Shown here: in pieces, positions 42,016 to 56,229 of the stretch
Position numbering within the stretch: the stretch's first letter is position 1
Layout of the letters: every line of letters starts with the position of its first letter
DNA from: the human T2T-CHM13v2.0 reference genome, Homo sapiens
Assembly: GCF_009914755.1 (NCBI RefSeq)
Contig: NC_060926.1
Strand: one strand, 5' to 3'
DNA: 64,000 nt
Translations under genes and position numbers: made by a program
The notes under the pieces: model-generated
Seen by the model: only the letters and a program-made list of their open reading frames with translations
Databases searched by the model: none
Told to the model about the DNA's origin: nothing

Positions 42016-45000
42016 CTGAGGATAATCAGCTCTAAGGAGATTATTGTTAAAGGTCCTAGTGGTTTTCATTTCAAACCTGCAGAATCAATGACCCTAACTG
42101 CTTCTTACATATATATTTGTAATCAATCCAGTAACAATTTTGTCTCCAAAAATGAACAAAAGTTTCTTTCCATTAGGGTGAATCAAGGTCCTTAGATTAT
42201 TATTTGGGATACCAATTTATATTTGCATGTACAAGCTATTTAATTAGTCTTAGTGGTTGAATTAGTGAAAACAGTTTCTGCCATTATAATAAATATTAAG
42301 GAAATACAACAAGGAGTTAAATGTGCCTTATTTGAAGACCTTGTACATGAATTAATTCCATAAATATATAAATTACTGCTATTAATGAGAGCAAGGAGCA
42401 AGATTGACACTGGCTGGAATTGTCAGAGAAGATATCACTTGATGTGTGGAGATTAGATGAGGTCTTCAGTGATGACATAGTTTGAACAATTTTCTAACTG
42501 TTAAACTTTTTCTTGGTCTTAATATATTGCATCACACTGATTAGAGAAGATCATTCTGTTTTCTTTGAATTTTTAATGTGCACCATCCATCCTGGCTTTG
42601 AGGGACTTCCTCCTACCCCAAACTTGACTACAAAATGAAAAACTTACCTTCCATACTCCTCCTCGTTGCTTATTTCCACTTCTTTCCTAACACTAAAGAG
42701 TGGCGAGCAGGCCTTTCTTATTTGCAAGATTTATCTCTATTTACTGGTGGTTGGTAGAGAAGAGAGTCTAAGAGTAATAAAATAAAAAATATGGGGGACA
42801 TATAAAATCTAATGTCCATTCTTCTTTTCTCTCTGTATCAACTGACACTTTTTTAGCAGTAGGGCTCAGAAGAGCACTCTTTGATCTTTGTGTTACCTCT
42901 CTCTCTTTCCATTCTCTCTCTCTCTGTCTCTCTGTGTGTTTGTGTGTGTGTTTCCTTTCTAACAAACACACACATGCACCACACTAAAGTTATTCTCCTG
43001 TCATTACTATTAATTGGGTAAAAAATTTAAGAACCACATCAGTGACCACTTAATAAACACTGAATAAAATTGAATGTCACTTGTATGTTTACTGTGTTCA
43101 CTGTGTATTTCCAAATAAATTGCAAATTTGTCGAGAGCAGGGTTCATACATCATACACTATTGGTCCCATTGCACATACTCTTGGTCCTCATACACGTTG
43201 GTCCAGCACGGTGCTAGCAAGTAAGGATAGTTCATAAACACAAGCTCTGTTTCTGCTTACCTTCTGTCATGAAGGACCCCACCATTCATTTATGATCATC
43301 TCAGCATTAGATGAAACTAGTTCTCTCTCTGTGTAGCCCTGTCCTTTACTTAAGTGACTGTGTTTGAAAATAAGATGTTCTTATTTGCATTTCACTACTA
43401 GAGCAAGAAAACATATGTGTGAAATTTTACATAGAGAGCAAACTGAGCCAGAAATAATCATGAAAGTATGATATATATTATGGTTAACTCTATCATGGTT
43501 TTCCCCTCATTCTCTAATTATATATATGATTATTTATAAGAGATAATACATATATATGTATATATATAATTAGATATATATAATTAGGTATATATAAAAT
43601 TAGACATATATGTGTGTGTTTGTGTGTGTGTGTGTCTGTGTGTGTGTGTCTCTCTGTGATATTCGGTGATTTTATGCTCCTCAAATTATAAAGATTTTGC
43701 TTGATTAGCTCTTAAATTTTTTAATAGCTAAAACTTCAATTGTTTTACTTATTAAATCAGTTTTGATTCTGTTTTGAGTTATTCAGTAGTGTGCAGAAAA
43801 GCTTGCTAGAACAGTTTAATAATTATTTCTCTGTGCTTGTAGTCAATTATAATTTTTACTTGTTTTATTTGTATTGTACAATCCATGTTGAAAAACCATC
43901 CAATTATTTTTATGCACAACTTACATCTTAAATAGGTATATGTATATGTGTGGATATGTTTTGTGTGTGTCTAGCCACTAGATGATAGTCATTGCATCAG
44001 TGTTGTTTTATTTATCTAAATAACTGAACAAACATTTGCAATGTTTTTTATATTTTACATACTTTGGCAATTATAAAATGAATGAGGTTCCAAGAACCTT
44101 ATAAAAAATCATTTCATACTCATTAAATTAAAACAAGAATAAGTGGTTTGGGATTTTGCAATATTTCAAGAATTATTAGGGTTTTGATAGGTGGAAAATA
44201 AAATGTTGGAAGAGGGTACTATGAAGTTAAATATATTAAACAATTAAACTTTATTGCTCAGTCAATGAAGAGTAAAATTACTAGACTATCAATGTTTGAC
44301 AATGAAATATATTTGTATTACAATAAATCTGGAAATACATATCAGGAACCCAAAAAATAAAAACATAGCTTGTGATGTAGATGAAAATGAAGTGGCCATG
44401 GGAGAAACATAGACAAGGAGAACGAGAGAGAATGGAGAGAACTATGGAGAATTTAAATCTTCTGAGTCAGAATATTAGAAGAAGCTGGGCAACTGAAAGG
44501 AGGAGGCTGCAGCAGAGCACAATTAAAGATGTCCAAATGCAAAAGGCAAGGGAAGGAAAACTGATTTTCAGGAAGAAGTATGAGATTAAATGCAGTCAAC
44601 AAGGGGAAAAAGAGGCGAATTGCCTTTGTAAATTTCTATGTTAGCAGTACACTTTGAGGAACAGTCTGAGTGTAGAAAATGGGAACAAAGCTAGATGTCA
44701 ATGAATCTAAAATCTGATATCAAGTGTGTGGAAGTAGAACCGGTGGGGAGGTATAAGTAAAGAATGAGCAATGCCATCATGAGAAGTTATTTTTCAGGAA
44801 CAGGAAACCTTGACTGTATTTTAAATATGTTGAGAAAATAAACCATGAGGGAGAAATTGAAGGTAAAAATGGAGAGAATGACTGAGGGGACACATTTTCA
44901 GAGATGATGAGAATTGTGGGCAATAATAGCAAGGGTTCAGGTGGTGAATTTTTCAAAAAAGAGCAGAGATAATTATTCTGAGACAATGGAAAATAAATAA

Positions 45001-45269
45001 ATATGATGAACATTCTGAGAAATGTTGAAATAAAAAGAAGGAAAGGTAGTTTTTAAATAGAGAATTGCTATTAAAGCTTTCCAGATTATTTTTAGGGTCT
45101 GCGGGGGCAACTTGGAGTACTGGGAAGAGCCGTGAAGTAGAATCAACAATACCCGTTGTGATTTCCAGATCTATAACTTTCTATGAGGCCTTGAACACAT
45201 TTATTTCTCCTTACTTCTCTTGTTCTCATATTCTTCTATTTTAGAACGAAGTTATGATGGACACAGAGA

Positions 45270-45703
45270 CAGGATGCCCAGACTCCTTATCAAAAACAAA
45301 CAAACAAACAAAAACTTGCAGCCCTAATTAGTGGTAGTAACATCTGTAGGCAGCATTTAGCTGTCAGCCCCTTCAAAGATTGCCTCAGTTGCAGAAAGCT
45401 ACCTTACTCAAGGCCAAGGACTTCAGGGGATAGCCCCATGTGCAATGACTGATGGAAATGGACATAAAGGCCTGCCCATTTTGAGCCAAATATGAACCAA
45501 TCTGATGGGACATTTTAGTTTTAGAGCTACCTTGGGGTTGGCCAACATAGTTGCTTGGGTCTGCTGTGCAGCTGGACTTTTCTTACAAATCTTGCTACCT
45601 CCTCCTGTCTTCCAGATATGTTAATTCCACGGCAACCCTGTTATAAAACTTCCATCCTTTAAACTCTGCCTTAAAGTAACTTATAAAAAACCCAACTTGT
45701 CAC
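45270..45703 (+). mobile_element. LTR33-like ERVL LTR
   Basis: gctgtcagccccttcaaagattgcctcagttgcagaaagc...aatgactgatgg...aacccaacttgtcac. Confidence 0.6.
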
Positions 45704-45883
45704 CAGAATTGTTGAGAGTTTTCAAGGAGGTCATGGTGAATATGAAACTGTTTTACACTGATTAGATGCTCATAAATACCACAGATGATAGTTTATTTAT
45801 AGCTCTTATTTCATAAAACGCAGGCCATATTCTTCTGAATATTCCAAAATGGTTTGTTTTAACTAAACCTTTTCTAAACACAG

Positions 45884-45956
45884 TTATTTTGTAATGTCTA
45901 TTTTGTAACATTTGCTAACGTTAGACAAATGTTACAAAATAGATATTATAAAATAA
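45884..45956. repeat. 73-bp near-perfect palindrome
   Basis: TTATTTTGTAATGTCTATTTTGTAACATTTGCTAAC|GTTAG-A-CAAATGTTACAAAATAGATATTATAAAATAA: one bulge, two G/T mismatches. Confidence 0.93.
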
Positions 45957-47939
45957 TGTAGTAAACATTATGTAACAAAATGATGTAACATTTTATAACA
46001 AATTTGTTACAAAACAATGTAACAAAACATGTCCAGTGGTATTCGACCAATTTTTTTCAGGAGTCTGATTGAGTAGTTTTGTAGGTATTCCTAAATATTA
46101 ACTTTTTAAGCATAGCTATCATATGGAAGGGGGCATTATACTAGTGTGTGGACATGTTTGAGGTTCAGTCTGTAGCTATAATAAGAGATCAGTCCCTGCT
46201 AAGAGTTAGAAACCATTGTGTATCCGGGATGTGGAGCTTTTCTGAGACATGATAAGGAATTTGTTCAGAGACAGATATATGGGGGCAGCTTATGTCTAAT
46301 GACATCGGCAAGGAACACAGGGAAGTTTTAGCCAAGTGTCAATGACTGTATGCCTTCTGCAAGGCAATGGTAAGATGTTACTTAGCCTTCTCTGCTGATT
46401 TCAGTGTCATACTTAGTGTAAGCTCTAATTATTACAACTCATGGAGTTCTCTTTCTTTCTTTTACTCCTATTGCTAAAGATTTGTTGTCAATAGCAATCC
46501 ATTCAGTATCAGTGTCTAGTGTTTCAAGAACTACAGCTTCCCTGAAGTGAATGGAGATTCATAGCTGATAGCAAACCATTGTCGAGAATGAGTTCACACC
46601 AGCAAAGCTATAACTCCAGTCAAAGGACCAGCAGTTCAGTCTGATAGTGTCCTCCTGAGACAAATAGTTCCCATTTAAGCGCCAGGATGTGATAAAAGGG
46701 TAGGAAATCGTTGCTTTGTCAGTATTTCTCAATGGATTTACTTTGGATAGCTATGACCTACCTCTGCTTTATAAATCATCTCAAAAGTTAACTTCTGAGT
46801 TTATGCTGAAATATGTCTCTGCCGGGAATAATCTGCCATTGATAGAAGAGTTAACACAAAGCTTTTTTTTTTTTTTTTTTTTCATCTTTAGTCAGGACCA
46901 TCTCACTTCTCTTTAATATTTCCAACTATCTTTCTTGCTTTGGTCTGATTTCACCAAATGAACAAAGGACTCAAGAAAAGCACCAGTTCAGGTAATGAAT
47001 GGATTAGAGTAAAAAACATCATTTGGTTTTGTGTGACTTATCCATGAAAGCCATCTGTATTAAGTGAAGCAGCAACTTTGCTTTACTTTCCGTGGAGATG
47101 AAAGCTTGAATTATGTGTACACAATTTTAGAATGATTTGTCAAATGAGTGAATTTAGTTAATTTTCAGAGGGAAAAAAATTACCAGGACAGATCTATTTA
47201 GTCTGTTTAGGAGGTCCAGTAGTCCTGATAAAACTAAGCCTTGAATAGACATAAAATTCTTGGCAGCAATTGATGTAAACCCCAGCCTGATTCTGCTCAA
47301 TAAAAATCTAGTTTATCCATTAATATCATATTTTCTCTTTTTCTGTTTTCCTCATAGTTTGGCTGACTATATCATGAACATTTACATACTAACAATGTAA
47401 TTGTGTACATATTTATATAGAATAAAATTAATAAATTAAAAAAGGTACACTATGAAAATTCAATCTCCCTTCCCTTCCTGGCCTAGGCCATACAATATTC
47501 CCATCAAAGGTAACCACTGTTATGAAGCTATTCCAGCATATACATATTAATGTGTGCATGCTTACATTCAGACACACAATTCAGTTTTGTACAAATATTG
47601 GCACATTATATTTCCTATTCTACATATTGCTTTTTTTTTTACTTACCAGTATGTCTATGATCACAAGATGAAAAATTTTAAGATGCTGCTACATTGTTTG
47701 TAAACATACCAAAACCACACTTGAGCCACTTTTAATTTGTAACTATATCACCCAAAGTAAAGAAGTTTGTCCCAAATAGAATTACGTCTTAGATAGAGAA
47801 AAGTTTAACTGTAGCTCTGCTCATGAGCTTTGCAGATTTGTTGAGCTACTTTGTTTAAACAATTCACTAATCAATTTTACTAATCAAAGAGGCCTTTGCT
47901 ACTATTTCTCCACTCCAGTCTTTCCTTTGTCTATGATGT

Positions 47940-48910
47940 CAGTCCATGTATTTATTCAATATCTGTTTGAAAAGTACCAGCCATATATCAGGCATTTAAC
48001 TAAGTGGTCAGGATTTGAAAAACATGATGGACCCAGTCAAAGTTGATACTGCTTTGGTAGAGGTGATTCAAAGAACAGTAGGAAGGAGGACACCAGATTA
48101 AAAAAACACAATGCAACTCAAGGTGATACACACACACACACTCACACACTCCACCACACACACACACGTATATACACATATATTTTTATATATTTATATA
48201 TAAATATGTAAAAGATACATTAATCTCACAAAAGGAAGGAGGGGTTATCTTTACTGAATAAGTCAGAGAAATTATGACAGAAAAAGCAACACTTGAATGT
48301 AGTTTTGGAGAAGGAAGTTTTCAAACAACGAAAACAACAAAAACACATACAGTAGCATTCCAGGTGAATGAAGCCACATTCAAAGAGCACACAGAAGGAG
48401 GAAGAGGAGCAGAAGCAGGAGGAGAGAAAATTTTAAAGAAAATAGGAAAGGAAAAAATGTGCTGTATATGGAGAGGTACACATATTTAGTTATGACTCGA
48501 GGTTAAAGTTTAAAGGTAAAACATTGGAGAAACAGATGGAGAGATGAGGAGAAGACAGCTTATTTAGATAACAGAAAGTGCACAAATGTCCTTTGGTAGT
48601 GAAGTGTCCCACTGGAGTACTTTAAGCAATGGAGAAGGCATTTCTTTGTATTTAAGTAAAATAATGCATCTTGCTGAGTGGAGAAAAGCCTGGAAGAAGA
48701 GACTTGAGGTGAAAAAGTATTTAGAGGATACTTGTCTTGGCTCCGTCTAATGAGGCTCATAACAGTGGAAGCAGTGAGAGCATAGTGAGAAATTATCTGG
48801 AGCAATATTTAATAAAAAGCACTAGGTTTACTGGTAATGGGAGTGAGTGAGTGGAAAGGAGTGAAGATAACTCTCAGGTTTTGGCACAGCAAACTGGTGG
48901 ATAGTGATGG
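47940..48910 (+). mobile_element. L2 fragment with CA/TA microsatellite
   Basis: tatttattcaatatctg...caggcat; ggagtgaagataactctcaggttttggc...aactggtggatagtgatgg. Confidence 0.55.
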
Positions 48911-50026
48911 CAAAATCTTCCACTGTGGAGATGACTACGTCAAATACTCCATAGTTAACATCATGGTCAAATCACATTTTGGAAGGGTCTTATTATAAAA
49001 ACAGATTGTATTAAAATATATATTCTTTAAGTATATAAGATTTATTTTTTATGCAAGGAATTGTCATTAGGAATTTGCTACATATCTGCCATATGAACTG
49101 AAAAATACATTTTAATTGAGTCAGGAAGAAAAATAGTATGCCTTATTTCATCCACTTATTTTAGAATAACAGGAAATTAAGACTCAGAGATATTATAAAT
49201 GACTTTACAACTACTATTAAGAATTGCTTACAGTCTTACAGTTACCAATCTTTGTATTGTATAAAATGCCTCAATACAAGCATACATTAGTTTATTGGGT
49301 ATTTGCCATGATTTTAATTTAGCTCTGCCATTGGTTAATCGAGCTATATTTGACAAGTTGCCTAACTAATCTATATTTCAATTTTTTTATTCTTTGTATA
49401 AGAGAGATAGTAAAAACTTCACAAGCTACATCACAGCTCTGCAACAGAATAACTGATAATACCACGAGAAAAAAACACAAAATATTTGAAAGAACATTAT
49501 TTATGAATGGCAAAGGCATGTTTTTCTGATTATAGGTATGTTAACTACGGGTCAAACATGAAAATTTTATAAATAAGGTGTTTCATTAGCAGATTACTAA
49601 AATGTCATTTATTTTCAGTGTACAAAGTATCTGAACCAGGAGGTGGTAGAAATTTACTGGAAGAAACTCTAGGGCAGGAAAAAAAATTGATATTAGGAAA
49701 ACAGCAAAGTCAAATATGTAAACTGATGTAAGAACTTGCTTGTGACTGGAAGGGATTTAGGTAAAATGTAGAGATCAATGGAAATATTTCTTTAGAATTT
49801 GACAGTGGTTTCAGGGTTAGTAGATGACTCAGCTAAGATTCAAGGTCAGACTCTAGTCTCAGAGGGTGTTTTGAATGTAAGTATTTCAGGCAGTAGGTAT
49901 ACTAAACAGATTGTGCATACACAAAGAGAGTTCAGTAAAGAGGCTGCAAGTCAATGTTCAAGTAGCTACCTCTCTTAACATTTGCATTCAGCTGCATGTA
50001 ATAGAAATGAAAACACCAGAGACTTC

Positions 50027-50127
50027 AACAAGATAAGAGGTTTATCTTTTACTCAGATAACAAGATAAGAGGTTTATCTTTTACTCAGATAACAAGATAA
50101 GAGGTTTATCTTTTACTCAGGTAACAA
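50027..50127. repeat. 32-bp tandem triplication inside a decayed MLT1-like LTR
   Basis: AACAAGATAAGAGGTTTATCTTTTACTCAG(A/G)T at 50027, 50059 and 50091, followed by AACAA. Confidence 0.95.
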
Positions 50128-51131
50128 AATATTTGGGAAATAGATAACATAGGATTATGTAATGACTTAGGTATACAAAAGCGGGGAATATCAGCAGTGA
50201 CATTCAACATTTGAAACCACCAGTGTGGCATGGACATAGAACTAATCGGAATGGATACCTGGCCAGTCAAAATGGGTTCTGGGCAAAAGCAACCAGTAAA
50301 GCTCTACTAAGATATAGGAGCCAGCTGTAATCTTTGCCTGTGATTCAAATTTTATATCAATGCTTCTGGCAGAAAAAAAGAAAAATAATAAGAAAAGGAC
50401 ATGTGTTAATTGAATCAATATCCTTTCTAAGAAATTTCTCCCAAATCCTACCCAGTGACTTCTGCAGATCCCTCATGTGCCAAACTATTCCAGCAAGAAA
50501 ACCAGCTGCAAGAGAGCCTAGAAAATACTGAGCTATATTTCTTTTTGTTTAATTTCCTTGTTTATTTGCTTGTCTGTTTACTTTTAAATTGGGCACATTT
50601 CTACCCCCCATCCCCAAAATCAGAGGTCTCTTAATAAAGAAGAAATGGAGGAACAGATATTGGGCAAACACTTCTGAAATTTAGCCTTTTCTTCCTCCTA
50701 TGATGACTAGAGCAGAAGCAATCATCTTGACAAAATGACAGAAAACCCAGGAAACTATAAAACTTCAGCCCTGACTCCCTTGAGTCACTGAATTAATGTC
50801 AGTTATCACTTATATGGGGATTTAGAGTAATACAAAAATAAAATAAATTCTAATTAATTGCTGTTATTTGATTTATCCATGTTATGAAGCAGAACACAGT
50901 CTCTAAGTAATAAATACACTGTCCAAAGGTGTGATCAACTCCGAGTCTATAACTAGGCTTCAGTGTGCACTTAATACCTAACTCCATCAACTGATATAAT
51001 GCTAGACTGGGTTCTCATTGTCTAAGGACAAAAGTCTGAGTCTTATGAACTAGGTTTTCATTGTTGGCTGCCAGCTGAAGTTTGAACAGGCAGAAGATGA
51101 AAAAAAAAGTTTAAAACTTGATAATAAGGTC

Positions 51132-52324
51132 TATCCATGCACCACAGACTGACATTTTGGTCACTGATGGACTGCATATATGACAGTGGTCTTATAAGAT
51201 TATAATGAAGGTCAAAAACTCCTATTGCCTGGTGACATCACAGCCACTTTGATGTAGTAGCACAACACATTACTCATGACTTTGTGGTGATGCTGGTGTA
51301 AACAACCTATTGCACTGCCAATCACATAAAAGTGCGGCACATACAATTGTGTACAGTATATAATACTTGATAATGAAATAAGCAACTATGTTACTGGTTT
51401 ATGTATTTATATACTACACTTTAAACTGTTTTTTAGAGTGTAATCTTTCTACTTTTATATAAGGAAAGGTAAAACAGTCTCAGGCAGGTCCTTCAGGAAG
51501 TATTCCAGAAGAAGTCACTGTTTTACATCAAAGATCCATTTATGTTATTGCCTCTGAAGACCTTCTAGTTGGACAGGAAGTAGAGCTGGAAGATAATGAT
51601 ATTGATGATCCTGACCCTGTGCAGACTTAGGCTAACGTGTGTGTTTGTATCTTAGTTTCTAACAAAGAAAGTTTAAAAAGTAAAAAAAAAAATTAAAAAA
51701 AAGGTAGAAAAAGTTTATAGAATAAGGACATGAAGAAAGAAAATATTTTTGTGTAGCTGTGCAATGTGTTTGTGTTTTAAGCTAAGTGTTACTATTAAAA
51801 AGTCTAATGGTTTTTTAAAAAAGTGTACAAGGTAAAAATATTACAATAAGCTAAGGTTAATTTATAACCCAAGAAATAATTTTAAAAAATAAATTTAGTG
51901 TCATCTAAGTGTTCAGTGTTTATAAAGTCTACAATAGTATACAGTAATGTCCTAGACCTTCACATTCACTCACCAATTATTCACTGACTCACTCAGACCA
52001 ACTTCCAGCCCTGCATGCTCCATTCATGGTAAGTGCCCTATACTGGTGTACCATTTTTTATCTTTTATACCATATTTTTTACTGTACCTTTTTTAATGTT
52101 TAGAAACACTAATGTCATGGTATAACAATTGAATATAGTATTCAGGACAGTAGCAGCCCATACAGATTTATACCATAGGAGCAATAGGCTATACCATATA
52201 GCCTAGGTGTGTAGTAGGCTATACCGTCTGGATTTGTGTAAGTACACTCTATGATGTTTGCATGATGATGAAATTGCCTCTTCACATATTTCTCAGGATG
52301 CATTTATTAACAGACACATGACTG
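51132..52324. mobile_element. Tigger3b/MER7-type (Golem) non-autonomous DNA transposon
   Basis: catgcaccacagactgacattttggtcactgatggactgcatatatgacagtggtc...taagattataat; ends gacacatgactg followed by TA; ~1.2 kb. Confidence 0.88.
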
Positions 52325-53584
52325 TATATTCTAAAGTCAGAGAACTGAAATTGGAATCAAAAAATTCTATTGGTTTGAAGGAATACAATATGCACTAAAA
52401 AAATTGAGGTGAAATATGAACTTCCAACTTATAATTCAATTAATCATCCCAGATAAAAATACGCTGTTATATTTAGAGTACCAGTCTAGCCAAGAAAATT
52501 TGGTACTTGTGCAGTAAAAAGGATATTCAAAAGTGAGAGGGAAATTGGGTGTTGGGAACTAAGAAATGAGAAAACTGGAATCCAGTGGTAGAATTTCCAC
52601 CATTGAGGGAGTTGAGCTTCAGGAGTGGAATTTCAAATGACTAAGTATAAGGCAGGAATTCACAGGACAAGTGAAGGAAAAAAAAGAAAAGAAATGTAAT
52701 GAAAAATATGAGAATTAAAACAGAACCCATTCAGTGTAGACTGTGATGCTGGGTTATTAAATTTGATGCCAAATTCTTAAGTTTACATCATAGAACTCCT
52801 TGGAATACTTTTTGAGTACCAGGGCTGATTCAAGAATGTGAAATAGAAAAGAAAGAAACCTTTCAGCAGAGGTTAAATGGCTTAGTAATGTGAATGTGAG
52901 CAATTGAGTATGGAAATTCCAAGTAGGTCATTACAACTCAAGCATGATTTTATGACTTTCAAGATATTCAGATACAGAATAACCAAACATTTTATAATAC
53001 CTATAGCAAGGTCTATTTTAGGTTAGCATAGGAAGCAGTTGTATGTAAATTAAAAGATGCGGGAGTTCATATTAGGATGAGAAACCTTAATGAGAAAGTG
53101 CTATACTATATTGCTATTATCACTGAATTCCAATTTAATTTGATTTTTCATACCATTTTAGCAGTATTTATTAAGGCAAATAAAGCAGTAGAAATTCAAC
53201 CTGTTAAGGTGTAATCAGAATAGGTCAAGAAAGAATATGCCACAGAATGTTTCTACGCCCTTGTCTTAGAGCAGTGGTAGAAATTATTGGGAATGAAGAA
53301 GGTTAAAAAGATATAGGAATTTAACTATGGCTAGAAAGAGATTCATGTAAACAAATATGAGATTAAGTGAATATGAAACAAGTGTGTCATCCCCCCCATC
53401 TTTATAGTTCAAGACTTTGTTATCTATAAGCATATTCTTCAAAAGTGAAAATGACCTTGAAAGTTTCACACTTTAAATTACAAGCCACTAATAGATCTGC
53501 ATGAAAAAATACTTCAATTAAATTCAGCAAACATAAATTTAACAGTATTAAGTTACCTAGACACACTGTTCCACCTCAGGCCTT

Positions 53585-54081
53585 TATGGTAGGCAGACTT
53601 CTAAGGTGGCCCACAACGAGAACCATCTCTTGGTATTTAATTCAGTCCCTTTGTGTGTGGGCTGGCAGAAGTGACTCACTTTCAACCAATAGAGTGAAGC
53701 CAGAGCAATGGATAGTCAATTCCATAATTAGGCTACAAAAGGACTCTCTCTCTACTATCTTCTTATACTCTTTGATAAGCAAGTTGCCATGTTGGAGAGG
53801 CTCATATGACAAGGAACTGAGGGCATTCTCTAGTCCAACAGCCCTTGACGAACCAAATTCGGTCAACAATTAAAGCTCTTGGAAATAGATACCCAGTTCA
53901 ATCTTCAGATGATTGCAGCCCAGCAGGTACTTGAAGTGCAGCCTTGGGAGAAACCCTGAACAAAGGACCCAGCTAAGCCAGGCCCAGGCTCCTGACCCAC
54001 AGAAACTGTAGATAATAAATGTATGTTGGTTTAAGCTGCTACATTGGGATACTTTGTTTGCAACATTAGGTAACTAATAAC
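53585..54081 (+). mobile_element. MLT1-family (MLT1D-F-like) LTR
   Basis: tggtaggcagacttctaaggtggccc...cctgacccacagaaactgt..gataataaatgtatgttggtttaagctgcta...taactaata. Confidence 0.85.
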
Positions 54082-55864
54082 AGACTTTCAGGAATAGAAA
54101 AAAGGATGAGATAATGTCATCCAGAAATTCTCAATACAGGTGACAACATTTCTGAGAACATTAATAACCAAACTTCTGGCTGGAATATGTAGATCTGGAT
54201 CTTTATAGGTACATATACACATTTTTGTATGTGTGTGTGTGTGTATGTCTGTGTGTCTGTGTCTGTGTGTTTATATGTACCTTTTGGAAGCACTAACAAG
54301 TGAGAATAGGCAAAAATAAGAAAATATTATCAAGGGGTACAGTTTTATCAAGCATATTTCGATTTTTTTAGAGTGAATAATTAAGAACTTATTAAATGGA
54401 TAGAAGTGTACATCCTTAGAAGAAAAGGGAAAGCACTTTTGTCTAAAGTGTGGGGTACTTAGTGGGTGGGATAGTGGCATGTAGGCTAGAAAAGTAGATC
54501 ATGAAAGAAAATGGAACATCTTAAAGGCAAAACTGAATGGGTTGAGCTACACTCCTTAGGTGATGATTGCTTTCCTTCTTGCTTGGAATCTGCAATCAGG
54601 CCAGGAAATGAGGAATAATCAAAGAATTGGCATTGTCTAGCCTTGACAAAATTCATGCATATCAGCATGTGGAAATAATTGGCTCTTCACAGTTTCTCAG
54701 TTGGAACTGAGAAACTAGAAACTGGAATGAAAGGCCAATACAGTCACCAAAACAGAATAAAAGTACCTTAAGGGATAAAAAGTTGTAATCTATAATAAAA
54801 TAATTCAATAGTACAAATAGAGAGAGATAGAACATGTCTTCTCATGAAAATATTTAACTTTTCAATCTGCTTGTTGGAAACAACTACTAATACCTAAGAC
54901 TACAGACCAACACTTTCATGGGAGAAAGAATTTGATTGGTGGCACATTCCTTCCCAGTTATCCTCCCTCATCAGAGCATGCACTTTTAGAGTAACATGAA
55001 AAAATGCCATCAACATGATGAATAAACTCAAAAGTCTGCCATAAAAAATATTGATGAAATAGTATGAGATGTAGGGGCCGAAAAATAAATAATCAGTAAA
55101 ATGGGGGACATTTTAAGTGTCCTTATATATTCCAAAAGTTGTCATGTATAAAACAGGTTAGCATTGGTTATGGGAATCCAATGGACAATATTAGATCCAG
55201 TGACATGCATGCTACAATTCAATCCACAAACAATTAAAAGACACTTATGGCATATCAGGCCCTCGATAGATATGGGAATATAAAGATGAAAGAGATAAAG
55301 TTATTGGCCTCAAGGAATTTACAACATAGCTGGATAAATGGCTAATGTAAATATGCTATAAATGAGAAGAGAGATTTAAATATTTACTGAAAGGAGAGAA
55401 GAGGGTTGGTGTTAGAAGTCATATTCCCACATACAGTATACTAAAATGTGAAGGAAACGTTAGAAATGGAGTTTCTTCTTTGCATAGCTCAGAATCTAAG
55501 GAAGTAGCAGTATTCATGGTTTAATCATTGTGTCAAACACTGTGCTGAGCCTTCTTTTGGAGGAAAAGCTGTGAAGCAAATTGGAGAAATGTAGGAGAGG
55601 CCCAGAGACCCCCTTTTTCCAGTTGGCATCAGAAATCCAGGTTGCAAACAACATGATGGGTCAACTTCTTGCTGTAGCACCCAGATAAGAGATTGATCAT
55701 CTATAAAGCTTTAAGCAATAGTGAGAAAGGAGTATGATGCATCACTTGTGTGTTCTCTCAAAGAGGCAGCCAATATAAGGTGTGATTTATCTGACTTAGC
55801 AAATCACCACTCTTTTCTCTCAGAAAAGCTGAATATATGAATAGCACTATTTATACTTGGTGTG

Positions 55865-56229
55865 TATCTTAATCCCTTTTGTGTTGCTATAACAGAATAC
55901 CCAAGACTGGGTAATTTATAAACAATACAAGTTTATTTGGATCATGGTTCTAAAGGCTGGGAAGTCCAAGAAAATGTCACTGGCATCTGGCCCCTGGTGG
56001 AAGACAGAAGGCATCACATGGTGAGAAAGAGTGAGAGCATGCAAGGCAGAGGAATAAAGGAGGCCAAACTCCCTTGATAACTAACCCACTCCTGTGATAA
56101 CAGCATTAATCCTTCATGAGGGAAATGCCCTCATGACATAACCACCTCTTAAAAGTCTCACCTCTTAATACCATCACAATTGCAATTAAATTTCAACATC
56201 AGTTTGGAAGGAATATTCAAACCAGAGCA
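55865..56229 (-). mobile_element. MSTC/MSTD-like MaLR LTR
   Basis: gttgctataacagaatacccaagactgggtaatttataaa...aaatttcaacat...attcaaaccagagca; TSD gtgtg/gcatg consistent with CpG decay of gcgtg. Confidence 0.85.

Noticed and set aside
50027-50127. 32-bp repeats as a CRISPR-like array
   Set aside because: No spacers between units and eukaryotic context; simple tandem duplication
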